Part shown: positions 26,701 to 34,681 of the stretch, piece after piece | Position numbering within the stretch: position 1 is the stretch's first letter | How the letters are laid out: every line of letters starts with the position of its first letter | DNA from: an uncultured Christensenellaceae bacterium | Lineage (GTDB): Bacteria > Bacillota > Clostridia > Christensenellales > UBA3700 | Length of the DNA: 64,000 bases | NCBI GenBank assembly: GCA_944381315.1 | Contig: CALWKR010000027.1 | Coordinates: 16,353 to 80,352 of the forward strand | Reading direction: 5' to 3' | Position numbers and translations under genes: made by a program | Notes under the pieces: generated by a model | Databases searched by the model: none | Told to the model about the DNA's origin: nothing | Seen by the model: only the letters and a program-made list of their open reading frames with translations

Positions 26701-27582
26701 TGCGACGCCCGTCCACTTGGACGCGGTGTACGGAGCCGAGGTCGTCGTCGAGTAGTCAAACTCGCCGTCCGAGACCTTCATAGTATATTTGGCGGTCGTG
26801 TCGTCCGCGGTGATCGCCGCGAAGTCTTCGGCAGTGAATTCTTCTTCGCCGTCTTCGACGTCGGAGAGATTTTCGAGCTTGACGTCGTCAAAGTAGGCAT
26901 AGCCCTGCGTCAGCGCGCCGCCCGAAAGATTGCCGTCGCCCAAAGAGAGTACCACGGTGATGCTCTGCGACGAGATGTCGGACGTCTCGATGTAGACGGT
27001 GTATTGAGTCCACTCGCGTTCGGTGTCGATCGCCTTGAACGCCGCATACGCCGCGCCGTTGACATAGATGTATGCGCCGCTCTTGTCGGTGAAGTCCTCT
27101 GCCTCGTCGTCAATGTCGGTATATACCCAGACCGTCAGCTTGTAATAGGACGAGGTCGCGAGCGATACAGACGCAGAAGTGTACTTGTAGACCGTGGGCA
27201 CTTTGTTGTACAACATCAAGATGTTGTCGTCCTCGACGCCTTCCGGTTTGGAAGGATTGGCTACGTTGCCGTAGGTACCCCTGTTGTCGCTGTACACGTC
27301 GGGATCGACGCTTATGACGCCTGCGATGAGGTTGTCGGAGCCGCTCGGAGTGGCGTTGGAGCCGCTGGAGCTGCCGCGAGAACCCGTCCAGTTGGTCGGG
27401 GTAAGGGGGTAGGTATTGCCCGTTGTGCTGCCGAACGTGCCGTTGGTGAAAAGTCCGTTCTCGGTCTCGGCGCTGGGAATGTCGGCAGGAGTCTCGGGAT
27501 CGCACGCCGCGACGCCGATGACAAGAGCGACACAGAGCATCAGAGATACCAATGCAAGGCACAGTCGTCTTTTTGTGTTCAT
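23770..27582 (-). CDS. 1270-aa cell-surface protein: lipoprotein signal, five tandem CBM-like jelly-roll modules, acidic linker, C-terminal TM anchor
   Basis: MNTKRRLCLALVSLMLCVALVIGVAAC. Five modules of about 200-240 aa each carry NWTG/W.., (L/V)(M/V)INN, S.SV.L....SYYK(L/V)(T/S)VWV.T and GYA(Y/F)FD(D/N). The C-terminus reads DLIWVWITTGVIGVILLVVVIVVLVKKYTHSRK.... SD AAAGGTGG upstream. Confidence 0.85.
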   Translation of the reverse strand: MNTKRRLCLALVSLMLCVALVIGVAACDPETPADIPSAETENGLFTNGTFGSTTGNTYPLTPTNWTGSRGSSSGSNATPSGSDNLIAGVISVDPDVYSDNRGTYGNVANPSKPEGVEDDNILMLYNKVPTVYKYTSASVSLATSSYYKLTVWVYTDIDDEAEDFTDKSGAYIYVNGAAYAAFKAIDTEREWTQYTVYIETSDISSQSITVVLSLGDGNLSGGALTQGYAYFDDVKLENLSDVEDGEEEFTAEDFAAITADDTTAKYTMKVSDGEFDYSTTTSAPYTASKWTGVAGRGDGDNAPSSSTYASKGIIDSTVTTSVEAADGTDVQVTVAPGTVGTKMLMINNRRATAYGYRSSAAMRLMGGNDSYYKVSVKVRTANIVGNGVTVALTDGSNTSVPYFEKGNIVTNGEWSTIEIFVAANQFRSTDVYLELWLGRGGADNTDTHVTGVAFFDGVTLQTIDKATYDDAADEENTVSFLTDEDELDRDSLTVGSFSVADNDNLIADRTNWQTVDTSVAEGETWTAPELFPGLENPGAPVPAWDSSVLVINNYKPSSFSLSTVGEDTNATYTIERNRCYIISVWVKTQDIPSGSGVTLALFSYDESAKEDERKTQLSSFTSINTEDLEDYRSEGNNDYTEFRFVIKGANDGPTQVGLDIGFGSGTAMSPTTMLSGYAFVSTITIEPIEYSEYSSVSTSTVVKSVSLLGSSGSAELSSNGYFEFIDVAATQSAYADVAAEEGKTVFGDNGDLVDYLGVPDGWTINKSSALTDGQTVAGVLDLGNSAQLDSSNITGAFDTIDPDLFYDSIGIVGADTDTYPNVLAVRSADYVTYESDSVSLSASSYYLLGIWAKTDGKSTITVSLDASTDSAEMTTFAPTDSNWHFYAFYVRTGFTSVDVTMTVGVGTSSSSGSFNTAYFAIANYAAITESAFDAAQSADTETDYNTVKSFVIDSFDSSSDLAEISAPDNWTGATVDEDASTADDDFVGGIFNQREGDWSLLGIDPDSAEQSAIANKLEASTKLGDSVLGDNVLVINNKIDGAYAFTSDSVTLEGDTYYKVSIWVLTYGLDQDETATLSLKLNNLSYTFGRQNNVDDNDADRKINTSTYSEDGAETVGDWKCYTFYLHTEEGVTPTATMTAQLGFDGAMIDGYAFFDNFSIDKITEEEFTAATGEDMAVGNNWSITFTQEDADAEEEPEETDPTEEPTGSDLIWVWITTGVIGVILLVVVIVVLVKKYTHSRKFTTRKKQTAPVNRSNDRRSDNNSGGDKR

Positions 27583-27848
27583 TTAACCACCTTTATGTTG
27601 ATTATTTGTCTATTATAATATTTTCCTTTTATTATAACAAAAACATTATAATCAATGCGCGCGAAAAAATCAATTAAATACGACTGAAAAAATAAGATAA
27701 GACAGCAATTTGGTTTTCGGCGGCACGCGGCGCGGCTGCGGCGATCGCGGCTTTGCCGCATGCGTCGGAGCCCGAAAGCCGTCGGGCATAGAGTCTCGAT
27801 CGACATTCGAAATCGCAAAAATCTGCGACCTGTATGCGGTTTTCGCCA

Positions 27849-28286
27849 TTATTTTTGCGGCATAGAATACGGAAGATCGCGCCTTATGATCGCTAGGACG
27901 GCGAGCCTCAGCTTGTCTTTGAGCATTGCGAGCGCGTCAAAGATCATCATCGCCGCCCCGAGGACCGCCAAGAATATGCCGAAGCCGCGCGACAACATTC
28001 GGTCGTCGGAGCCGATCGCTATCAGCGAAAATACCGCGCAGACTGCCGCCGCAGGGATCGCAAACTCGGTGATCCTGTCCTTTTGGAGCAAGCCGTTTTT
28101 TGCATGCGAGATCAGCGCGATCGCCGCCATCGGGACAAATCCGATCAAGTTGATCGCCGCCGCAGTCTTTTGCGGCACTCCGGCAAAGAGAGTCATCAGC
28201 GGTATCAGCAGCGTCCCTCCGCCGAGCCCCATACCTCCCAATATGCCGCCGACAACTCCGATCGCTATCAGTGCGAAAGTTTTCAT
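27849..28286 (-). CDS. TauE/SafE family anion exporter, C-terminal-half-like subunit
   Basis: MKTFALIAIGVVGGILGGMGLGGGTLLIPLM.... 145 aa, 4 TM helices. Its start overlaps the upstream stop (ATGA at 28283-28286). Confidence 0.7.
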   Translation of the reverse strand: MKTFALIAIGVVGGILGGMGLGGGTLLIPLMTLFAGVPQKTAAAINLIGFVPMAAIALISHAKNGLLQKDRITEFAIPAAAVCAVFSLIAIGSDDRMLSRGFGIFLAVLGAAMMIFDALAMLKDKLRLAVLAIIRRDLPYSMPQK

Positions 28287-28657
28287 AGCGCGAGCTTGAG
28301 CCCCGCCGCGATCATCAAAACGTAGAAGATGTGCGTCAGCAGCGTCGAATTTATTTTTTTGAGCAGCAGCGCGCCCAGAACTCCGCCTGCGATTATCCCT
28401 GCGCACGACGGCAGCGCGACTTGGATCGGCGCGGCTCCCTTCGCAAAATAGATCGCTCCGCTGATCAGCGTCAGCGGCAAGATGACTGCGACTGCGGTCG
28501 CGTGCGCCTTCTTTGGCTCGACCCTCGAGAGCGTGAGGGCAGGGACGGCGATCATCCCTCCGCCGCCTCCGAACAGTCCGCCGACTATCCCGACGGCGAT
28601 CCCGGCGAGCACGGAAAAGACTTTGACAGACCTGCGATATTTTGCGACGACTTGCAT
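28283..28657 (-). CDS. TauE/SafE family anion exporter, N-terminal-half-like subunit
   Basis: Start moved to ATG 28657 (MQVVAKYRRSVKVFSVLAGIAVGIVGGLFGGGGGMIAVPAL...). 124 aa. Confidence 0.7.
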   Translation of the reverse strand: MQVVAKYRRSVKVFSVLAGIAVGIVGGLFGGGGGMIAVPALTLSRVEPKKAHATAVAVILPLTLISGAIYFAKGAAPIQVALPSCAGIIAGGVLGALLLKKINSTLLTHIFYVLMIAAGLKLAL

Positions 28658-28740
28658 GACGATAGTGTGGCACGCTGCGGCGGATCTATCCGCTGCGATC
28701 ACTTGCGGCGATATGCGTCTTTGTTCATTGATTTTTTCGG

Positions 28741-28856
28741 CATATGAGCGAATGCGCAGACGTGTGCGCGCACATATGCCGATATGGACATATGGCGAGA
28801 CGCCGACGGAGCGTTTGCGCATATGCGCTTGCCGTCATTGAAAAGCGGAGCATATG
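28741..28856. repeat. Cluster of five CATATG hexamers in a divergent intergenic region
   Basis: CATATG at 28741, 28773, 28789, 28820 and 28851, plus a GATATG at 28781. The palindrome TGTGCGCGCACA lies at 28762-28773. Confidence 0.6.
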
Positions 28857-28938
28857 TCCGTGCGAGTATTTTGCGTAATTATTCCGAGCCTTTGAGAATA
28901 TCGTATAGAGAGATCGCGGTTCGGACGCCGCAATTGAG

Positions 28939-29202
28939 GTGGAGATGGAAGAGATGACGACGCGCGCCCGTGAAGAGGCGCGCTACATATCGGAGACAGG
29001 GTGTACGCTGAGAGCTTGCGCCGCCGTGTTCGGAGTCGGCAAAAGCACCGTGCATACCGACGTGACCAAGCGGCTCAAAGACGTCGATCCCGTGCTGTAC
29101 GCCCAAGTCGAGCAGGTGCTGGGAGCCAATCTTGCGGACAGACATCTGCGCGGAGGGCGCAGTACAAAGCTCAAATATCTGAGAGAGAAAAAACAGAGTT
29201 AA
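28939..29202 (+). CDS. spoIIID: Sporulation transcriptional regulator SpoIIID
   Basis: ...ISETGCTLRACAAVFGVGKSTVHTDVTKRLKDVDPVLYAQVEQVL...RHLRGGRSTKLKY matches the SpoIIID HTH and basic tail. The start is ambiguous (GTG 28939, ATG 28945 or ATG 28954). Confidence 0.9.
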   Translation: MEMEEMTTRAREEARYISETGCTLRACAAVFGVGKSTVHTDVTKRLKDVDPVLYAQVEQVLGANLADRHLRGGRSTKLKYLREKKQS

Positions 29203-29221
29203 CGAACACGGGTACCAAAAA

Positions 29222-29956
29222 TCAATCGTCGGCGGGGCGCTGCCACAAGTTGTTGCGTTCGGGGTGAAAAAGCGCCGAGAGCATCAGTTTTTTTGCGTTG
29301 GGAGAGACGCTTTCGGCCGCCTCGACGATGCGCTTGACGTCCTCTCTGCCGGTGTGTTTGTCGCTGGGGCAGGGATTGAAGACGACGGGGAGAGACAGCC
29401 TGCGGCATATCCCGGCCAGATACTTTTCTTCGACATAGATGAACGGGCGGATCAGTGTGATCCCCGTGCGGCTCATCTGCGACACGGGCGAGAAGGTGGA
29501 CAGCCTGCCCTCAAAGACTAGCGAGAGCAAGAAGGTGCCCAGCACGTCGTCGGCGTGGTGCGCGAGCGCGAGCTTGTTGCACCCGTTCTCGATAGCGGCG
29601 GAGTTGAGCGCGCCGCGGCGCATCTTGGAGCACAGGCTGCACGGAGACGACTCTTTGCGCCTGTCAAAGATGATCTCGGCGATGTCGGTCCCGACGATCG
29701 TCAGCGGAACTTCGATCTTGTCGCACCACGCGCGGAAGGCGTCCACTTCCGCCTTGTCCGTCTCGGCGAATCCCATGTCTATGTTGATCGCGTGCAGGTC
29801 GAATCTCTGCGGTGAAAATTTGCGATAGGCGGCGAGCACGGCAAGCAGAGCGGTGCTGTCTTTGCCTCCGCTCACTCCGACGGCGATCTTGTCGCCGTCC
29901 TCGATCATTCGGTAGTCGTTGATCGCCTTGCGCGCCAACGCGAGTAATTTTTGCAT
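29222..29956 (-). CDS. PP-loop ATPase, TtcA-like tRNA 2-thiolation family
   Basis: KIAVGVSGGKDSTALL (SGGxDS PP-loop), CSLCSKMRRG, ALAHHADD, NPCP. Confidence 0.82.
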   Translation of the reverse strand: MQKLLALARKAINDYRMIEDGDKIAVGVSGGKDSTALLAVLAAYRKFSPQRFDLHAINIDMGFAETDKAEVDAFRAWCDKIEVPLTIVGTDIAEIIFDRRKESSPCSLCSKMRRGALNSAAIENGCNKLALAHHADDVLGTFLLSLVFEGRLSTFSPVSQMSRTGITLIRPFIYVEEKYLAGICRRLSLPVVFNPCPSDKHTGREDVKRIVEAAESVSPNAKKLMLSALFHPERNNLWQRPADD

Positions 29957-29962
29957 ATCCGT

Positions 29963-29992
29963 ATTTTAGCCCAAAGTGCGCCTGCGTTGCAA
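29963..29992 (-). promoter_or_regulatory. Promoter giving a probable leaderless mRNA (ttcA-like)
   Basis: Read on the minus strand: TTGCAA (29992-29987), 18-nt spacer, TAAAAT (29968-29963), then ACGGAT, then ATG at 29956. No SD. Confidence 0.5.
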
Positions 29993-30002
29993 TGATTTTG
30001 CG

Positions 30003-30032
30003 CAAAAAATATCCGACGGACGAGCCGTCGGA
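30003..30032 (-). terminator. Rho-independent terminator of degV-family gene
   Basis: TCCGACGG (30012-30019) / CCGTCGGA (30025-30032). The A6 at 30004-30009 becomes the T-run on the minus strand. Confidence 0.75.
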
Positions 30033-30037
30033 CGATC

Positions 30038-30925
30038 TCAGCGATAGTTGCGGTCCGTGCCCGAGAATATCAGCGCGAGCATCCCTGCGCCGACGTGGGT
30101 GCCGATCACCGTCCCTACGTCAAAAATGATGACGTTGTCGAAGCCCGTCTCCGCGACGACCTCGTCGCGCAGCGCCTTTGCGTCGTCGAGAGCGTCGGCG
30201 TGACCGATCGCGATCAGCGGCTGTTCGCTTGCGGGGAGCATCTTCTTCTTCATCATACCGAGCAGATAGCGCATTGCCTTTTTGCGCGAGATGACTTTCG
30301 CGAACGGGATGAGATGTCCCTCATCGTCCACCGTCAATATGGGCTTGATGTGCAGAGTGCCGCCGATGAACGCTTCCGCTTTGCTCACTCTGCCGGTGCG
30401 CTGCAAATGTGCGATGTCGTCTATCGTGAAGTAACCGCAGCAGTGCGGGACGATCTCTTTTATGTACGCGATGCACTCGTCATAGCTTGCGCCCGCGTCG
30501 CGGCGCAGCAACGCGCAATAGGCGACAAGTCCCTCGATGAAACACGCCGACTTGGAGTCGATCACGGTGATGCGCCTGTCGGGGAATTCTTGCGCGAGGT
30601 TGCGTTCCGCAATGCGGAGCTGATCGAGAGTACCCGACAGCGCCGCGGTAAAGCCGATGTGGATGACGTCGTGCCCTGCTTGGAGTATCGGGCGGAAAAA
30701 CTCTTCAGCCTGATATGCCGTGACCATCGAGGTGGACGGAAGATCTTCTGCGGTTTTTGCCTCGCGGCAGGCGTCGTAGAATTGTTTGGGTGAGAGCTTG
30801 CGGTCTTTGCCGTCGTAGAATTCGCCCTTTACGGTGTAGGACATCGGGATGATCGCGAAGTCCTCGCGCATCAGATTTTCGGGATAGTCCGCCGTCGCTT
30901 CCGTGGTGATGAAATATTTGCTCAT
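30038..30925 (-). CDS. DegV family fatty-acid-binding protein
   Basis: 295 aa. MSKYFITTEATADYPENL...STSMVT...ALSGT... is typical DegV. SD AGGAGA upstream. Confidence 0.88.
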   Translation of the reverse strand: MSKYFITTEATADYPENLMREDFAIIPMSYTVKGEFYDGKDRKLSPKQFYDACREAKTAEDLPSTSMVTAYQAEEFFRPILQAGHDVIHIGFTAALSGTLDQLRIAERNLAQEFPDRRITVIDSKSACFIEGLVAYCALLRRDAGASYDECIAYIKEIVPHCCGYFTIDDIAHLQRTGRVSKAEAFIGGTLHIKPILTVDDEGHLIPFAKVISRKKAMRYLLGMMKKKMLPASEQPLIAIGHADALDDAKALRDEVVAETGFDNVIIFDVGTVIGTHVGAGMLALIFSGTDRNYR

Positions 30926-31023
30926 AATTTCTCCTGTGTTTTGCGAGCGCTATGTCGTGTGCTACGACAATATAGTATAAGATTTTGCGAGTTCTGTCAA
31001 GAGGTTTGACGTTAGGGTACCCG

Positions 31024-31052
31024 TTGACCGTTCCGATTTATTATGATAAAAT
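31024..31052 (+). promoter_or_regulatory. Promoter giving a probable leaderless mRNA (sulfatase)
   Basis: TTGACC (31024-31029), 17-nt spacer, TAAAAT (31047-31052), then AATAAT, then ATG 31059. No SD. Confidence 0.5.
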
Positions 31053-31058
31053 AATAAT

Positions 31059-32387
31059 ATGGACAAAAAGAGACCCAATATAGTGGTGTTTTTCACCGAT
31101 CAACAGCGATGGGACACGATCGACGAGCGCGTCGCTCCCAACCTCTGCGCGATGGCGTCGGAGGGCACGACGTTTGACGACGCGTTCACCTGCCAGCCCG
31201 TATGCGGACCGGCTCGGGCTTGCATCCAGACCGGAGTCTATGCGACGCGCAACGGCTGCATCACCAACGCCGTTCCTCTCGACGAGGACGCGGATACGAT
31301 CGCAAAGATATTGGGGCGCAACGGCTATGATACCGCATATGTGGGCAAGTGGCACCTCGCGTCGGGACAGACGGAGAGCGAGGGGAGATACGAGACGACC
31401 GCCGTCCCCGAGCGCAGACGCGGAGGCTATCGCTATTGGCGCGCTGCCGACGTGCTCGAATATACGTCGGACGGCACGGGCGGCTTTGTGTTCGACGAAG
31501 ACGGCAACAAGCTCACGTTCGAGGGCTGCCGCGCCGACAGGCTGACCGACTATGCCGTCGAATATATCGAGCAGACCGATCGGGACAAGCCATTCTTTCT
31601 CTTCGTCTCGTACTTGGAGCCGCATCACCAAAACACGAGCGGCAGATTTGAATGTATGCCCGACGACAGACGCGCGGTCGAACAGGTCCCCGTGCCGCCC
31701 GATCTGCTGCCGTTCAAGGGCAATTATGAAGACAACTATACCGATTATCTCGGCTGCTGTCACGGGCTCGACCGCAACTTCCGCCGCGTCGTCGACGCGC
31801 TCAAAGCCAACGGCGCCTATGACGACACAGTCATCTTTTTCACGTCCGATCACGGCTGTCACTTCATGACTCGCAACGGCGAATACAAGCGCTCTTGCCA
31901 CGAGGCGAGCATACACATCCCGATGTTCGCTTTCGGCGGCGCCTATCCCAAAGGGGAGAAGAGCGGCGCGCTTGTCAGCCTGCTCGATCTGCCTGCGTCC
32001 GTCGTTGCCGCCGCAGGCGTCGAAGTCCCGAGCTACTTTGACGGCAAGGATATGGCAAAGATATGCGCGGGACAGGACTCGCGCGACGCAGTCTACATCC
32101 AGATCAGCGAGGACAAACTCGGCAGGGCGGTCCGCACCGAGCGCTACACCTATGCGATAAAGTCGCCGCGCAAGTCGGACGCGTGGGGCACGCCGTATTC
32201 GGACGTCTATGTCGAGGACTATCTCTATGACCTCGACGTCGATCCGTGCGAGACGCGCAATCTCATCCATGACCGCAACTATCAATCGGTCAAGGCAGAG
32301 CTCGCCGCCACGCTCAAAAGGTGCGCAGCAAAAGCAGGAGAGCCGCCGTTCAAGATCAGGTACAGACTGATCGCTCCCAAGAAGTAA
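31059..32387 (+). CDS. Cys-type sulfatase (arylsulfatase family)
   Basis: PNIVVFFTDQQRWD...QPVCGPARACIQTG (C-x-P-x-R formylglycine motif)...GKWHL...FTSDHG. Confidence 0.9.
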   Translation: MDKKRPNIVVFFTDQQRWDTIDERVAPNLCAMASEGTTFDDAFTCQPVCGPARACIQTGVYATRNGCITNAVPLDEDADTIAKILGRNGYDTAYVGKWHLASGQTESEGRYETTAVPERRRGGYRYWRAADVLEYTSDGTGGFVFDEDGNKLTFEGCRADRLTDYAVEYIEQTDRDKPFFLFVSYLEPHHQNTSGRFECMPDDRRAVEQVPVPPDLLPFKGNYEDNYTDYLGCCHGLDRNFRRVVDALKANGAYDDTVIFFTSDHGCHFMTRNGEYKRSCHEASIHIPMFAFGGAYPKGEKSGALVSLLDLPASVVAAAGVEVPSYFDGKDMAKICAGQDSRDAVYIQISEDKLGRAVRTERYTYAIKSPRKSDAWGTPYSDVYVEDYLYDLDVDPCETRNLIHDRNYQSVKAELAATLKRCAAKAGEPPFKIRYRLIAPKK

Positions 32388-32551
32388 ATTGCGACAAAAT
32401 GCACGAGTTTATGGACAAATCGGGCGAATATGTTCGAAAACCGTATCTTTTTGCCGCAGATTTTTTGTGTAATTTTACTTGATTTTTACATTACACTATT
32501 ATAGAATATAGAAAAACGGCAATTTAGTCGTAAATGAAAAAGGAGAAAGAT

Positions 32552-33577
32552 ATGAAGAAAATCGCAATGATCGCAGTCGTGTGCGTTATCGCAGCAGTGA
32601 CCGCATTCTCGTTTTCGGCATGCAATCCGGACGAATTGAGCCTCAGCAATGAAGTTGTGACTCAACAACCTAATGTTACGCCTACTGCAACACTTGATGA
32701 TAGCATGAGTGCGATCGAGATGTTGGAAGTCGGCATGGAGAACTATTACGGCTCAGATTTTGCAGTTGCAAGAACGACCGGAGCCCTTGTCACTGATGTT
32801 TTGTCGATGAAACTTACGCAGTTTGTTAAATCCGTTACGCTCAGAGAGGGTGCTGCCGATGAAGACAACAAGCTGTTCTATCAAAATATGTCCGGTACAG
32901 CGCCGTCCGGCTTGCTTGGATCTGCCATCGTCATCAAGATCTGGGAAGAGACCGACTATGAGAAGACCGGAAACACCGAGGATATTTATTTCCGCGGAGC
33001 AGACACCGACAAACTTAACATCGATAAACACGAAGAAAATGGCGTCATCACCGACGCTTGGCTCGAGTGGCAAGATGGCGTCGTGAGCTTTATGCCGACC
33101 GAGCAATATAACGATCTCACGACCTATGTAAAAGAAAAAGCTTCCGATCCCACCAAGATGTGGATGTACGACATCAACGAGAACACCATTCTTTCCGACA
33201 AGACGGTCGCTCCCACATACAACGAAGAGGGTGGTTATTATGAGTTCTCCGTCTCCGGCAATGTGGACGCAAACAGCCCCAACTATTCGGTCGAAGAGTA
33301 TGAGAAACAGATGCTCTACATGCTTCAGAGCCAAGGTCAGAAACCGTCCAAATTCTACTTCACCGAGATCACTCTCGATGTGCAGATTTGGCCCAATGGT
33401 TTCTTGCGTCAGGTCGAAGTTACCGAGTCTTATATGATGGTCTTGATGGGCTTTGTAAACTCGGAAGTCACTCTTGAGTCGACCAAGGCGTTCTTCTTTG
33501 AGGAAGATAGCCTTCCCGAAGATGAAGCTTTTGATCTCGACCAGATCGGTTCCGTCAAGGCTACTTACAGCGCTTGA
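32552..33577 (+). CDS. Lipoprotein of unknown function, A/T-richer codon usage than neighbours
   Basis: MKKIAMIAVVCVIAAVTAFSFSAC, with AAGGAG SD and its own promoter and terminator. No family recognised. Confidence 0.7.
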   Translation: MKKIAMIAVVCVIAAVTAFSFSACNPDELSLSNEVVTQQPNVTPTATLDDSMSAIEMLEVGMENYYGSDFAVARTTGALVTDVLSMKLTQFVKSVTLREGAADEDNKLFYQNMSGTAPSGLLGSAIVIKIWEETDYEKTGNTEDIYFRGADTDKLNIDKHEENGVITDAWLEWQDGVVSFMPTEQYNDLTTYVKEKASDPTKMWMYDINENTILSDKTVAPTYNEEGGYYEFSVSGNVDANSPNYSVEEYEKQMLYMLQSQGQKPSKFYFTEITLDVQIWPNGFLRQVEVTESYMMVLMGFVNSEVTLESTKAFFFEEDSLPEDEAFDLDQIGSVKATYSA

Positions 33578-33594
33578 TAAATGATCGCAGATCA

Positions 33595-33623
33595 AGCCAC
33601 CGAGTTCGCTCGGTGGCTTTTTT
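33595..33623 (+). terminator. Rho-independent terminator
   Basis: AAGCCACCGAG / CTCGGTGGCTT followed by T6 at 33618-33623. Confidence 0.88.
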
Positions 33624-33717
33624 CGTGTTTTGAGCGCATTTTGCGACACGTTTGTCGCCTATTTTCGGACGCGCATACGCAGGCGCGCACATATGCTCGC
33701 GAGTATGGACAAAAAGG

Positions 33718-33746
33718 TTGCATAGCGCGCGCAGATGTATTATAAT
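33718..33746 (+). promoter_or_regulatory. Promoter of the PAP2 cassette
   Basis: TTGCAT (33718-33723), 17-nt spacer, TATAAT (33741-33746). Confidence 0.6.
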
Positions 33747-33778
33747 AATTATATATAAACTATGAGAAGGAGCTTTTG

Positions 33779-34681
33779 ATGTCAAGGATAAAGCCAACAT
33801 CAGCCATGATTGCCAACATTGTCGCACTGCTGTGCTTTGTCGCGGCGATGGCTGTCGCGAGCGTCTACGACCTTCAGATCAGTCGAGCTTTGTCCGACGG
33901 AGACTCCTTCTTTGCGCAATTTTTCGCCGTGTTCGGCGAGTATCCCGCCTATCTCGTCCTGCCCGTCGCAGGAGTCATCATTTCATACAACTACGACCTG
34001 TTTACCTCTGTCGGTGCAAGGGCGGCGGTCCGCGTCGTCGGCGCTGCGCTGTCGGTGGGCGGATGGATATTTTTCGGCTTTCAGGGCACCAAGCTGACCG
34101 AAGTGCCTCATCTTGCCGGCTTTGCGATAGTGTTCGGCGTCTTGCTCGGCGCTCTCGGCTTGTGGCTGGGATCTCTGATCGAGCGCGAAAAGATGCACAG
34201 GCTGTTCAAGTTCGCCGTTTTTGCAGTTGCGTTCACCCTTGTCTCCGTCGTCGTTATGCAGGTGATGAAGCACATTTGGTGCCGCATGCGCTACCGCGAT
34301 ATGCTCAAAGCAGGCAGCGAGGACGGCTTTACTCCGTGGTACAAGATCATGCTCGGCAGAGATCAGGTCGAGGGCTTTGACTATACTTCTTTTCCGTCGG
34401 GACACACTTCGAGCGCGGCGCACATATTTTTGCTTGCCGCGCTTTGCGATATCATCCCGTCGTGGCGCAAGAAGGGCGTGCGCGTCGCCGTAAACGCCGT
34501 CTGCGTCGTGTTCACCGTCGTGGTCGCGCTTTCGCGCATAGTCGCCAACGCTCACTTCTTGTCCGACGTGCTTGTCGGCGGCTATTTGACATATTTGATC
34601 TATCTGGCTTTGAAGAAGGTCTTTTTCGGCAAGGGCAAATACAACTTCGCGATAGCCGAAGGGATCGGGGGAGAGGAATGA
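33779..34681 (+). CDS. PAP2 superfamily membrane phosphatase (copy 1)
   Basis: KHIWCRMRY (K-x6-R-Y instead of K-x6-RP), PSGHTS, SRIVANAHFLSD (SR-x5-H-x3-D). N-terminal multi-TM extension. Confidence 0.82.
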   Translation: MSRIKPTSAMIANIVALLCFVAAMAVASVYDLQISRALSDGDSFFAQFFAVFGEYPAYLVLPVAGVIISYNYDLFTSVGARAAVRVVGAALSVGGWIFFGFQGTKLTEVPHLAGFAIVFGVLLGALGLWLGSLIEREKMHRLFKFAVFAVAFTLVSVVVMQVMKHIWCRMRYRDMLKAGSEDGFTPWYKIMLGRDQVEGFDYTSFPSGHTSSAAHIFLLAALCDIIPSWRKKGVRVAVNAVCVVFTVVVALSRIVANAHFLSDVLVGGYLTYLIYLALKKVFFGKGKYNFAIAEGIGGEE

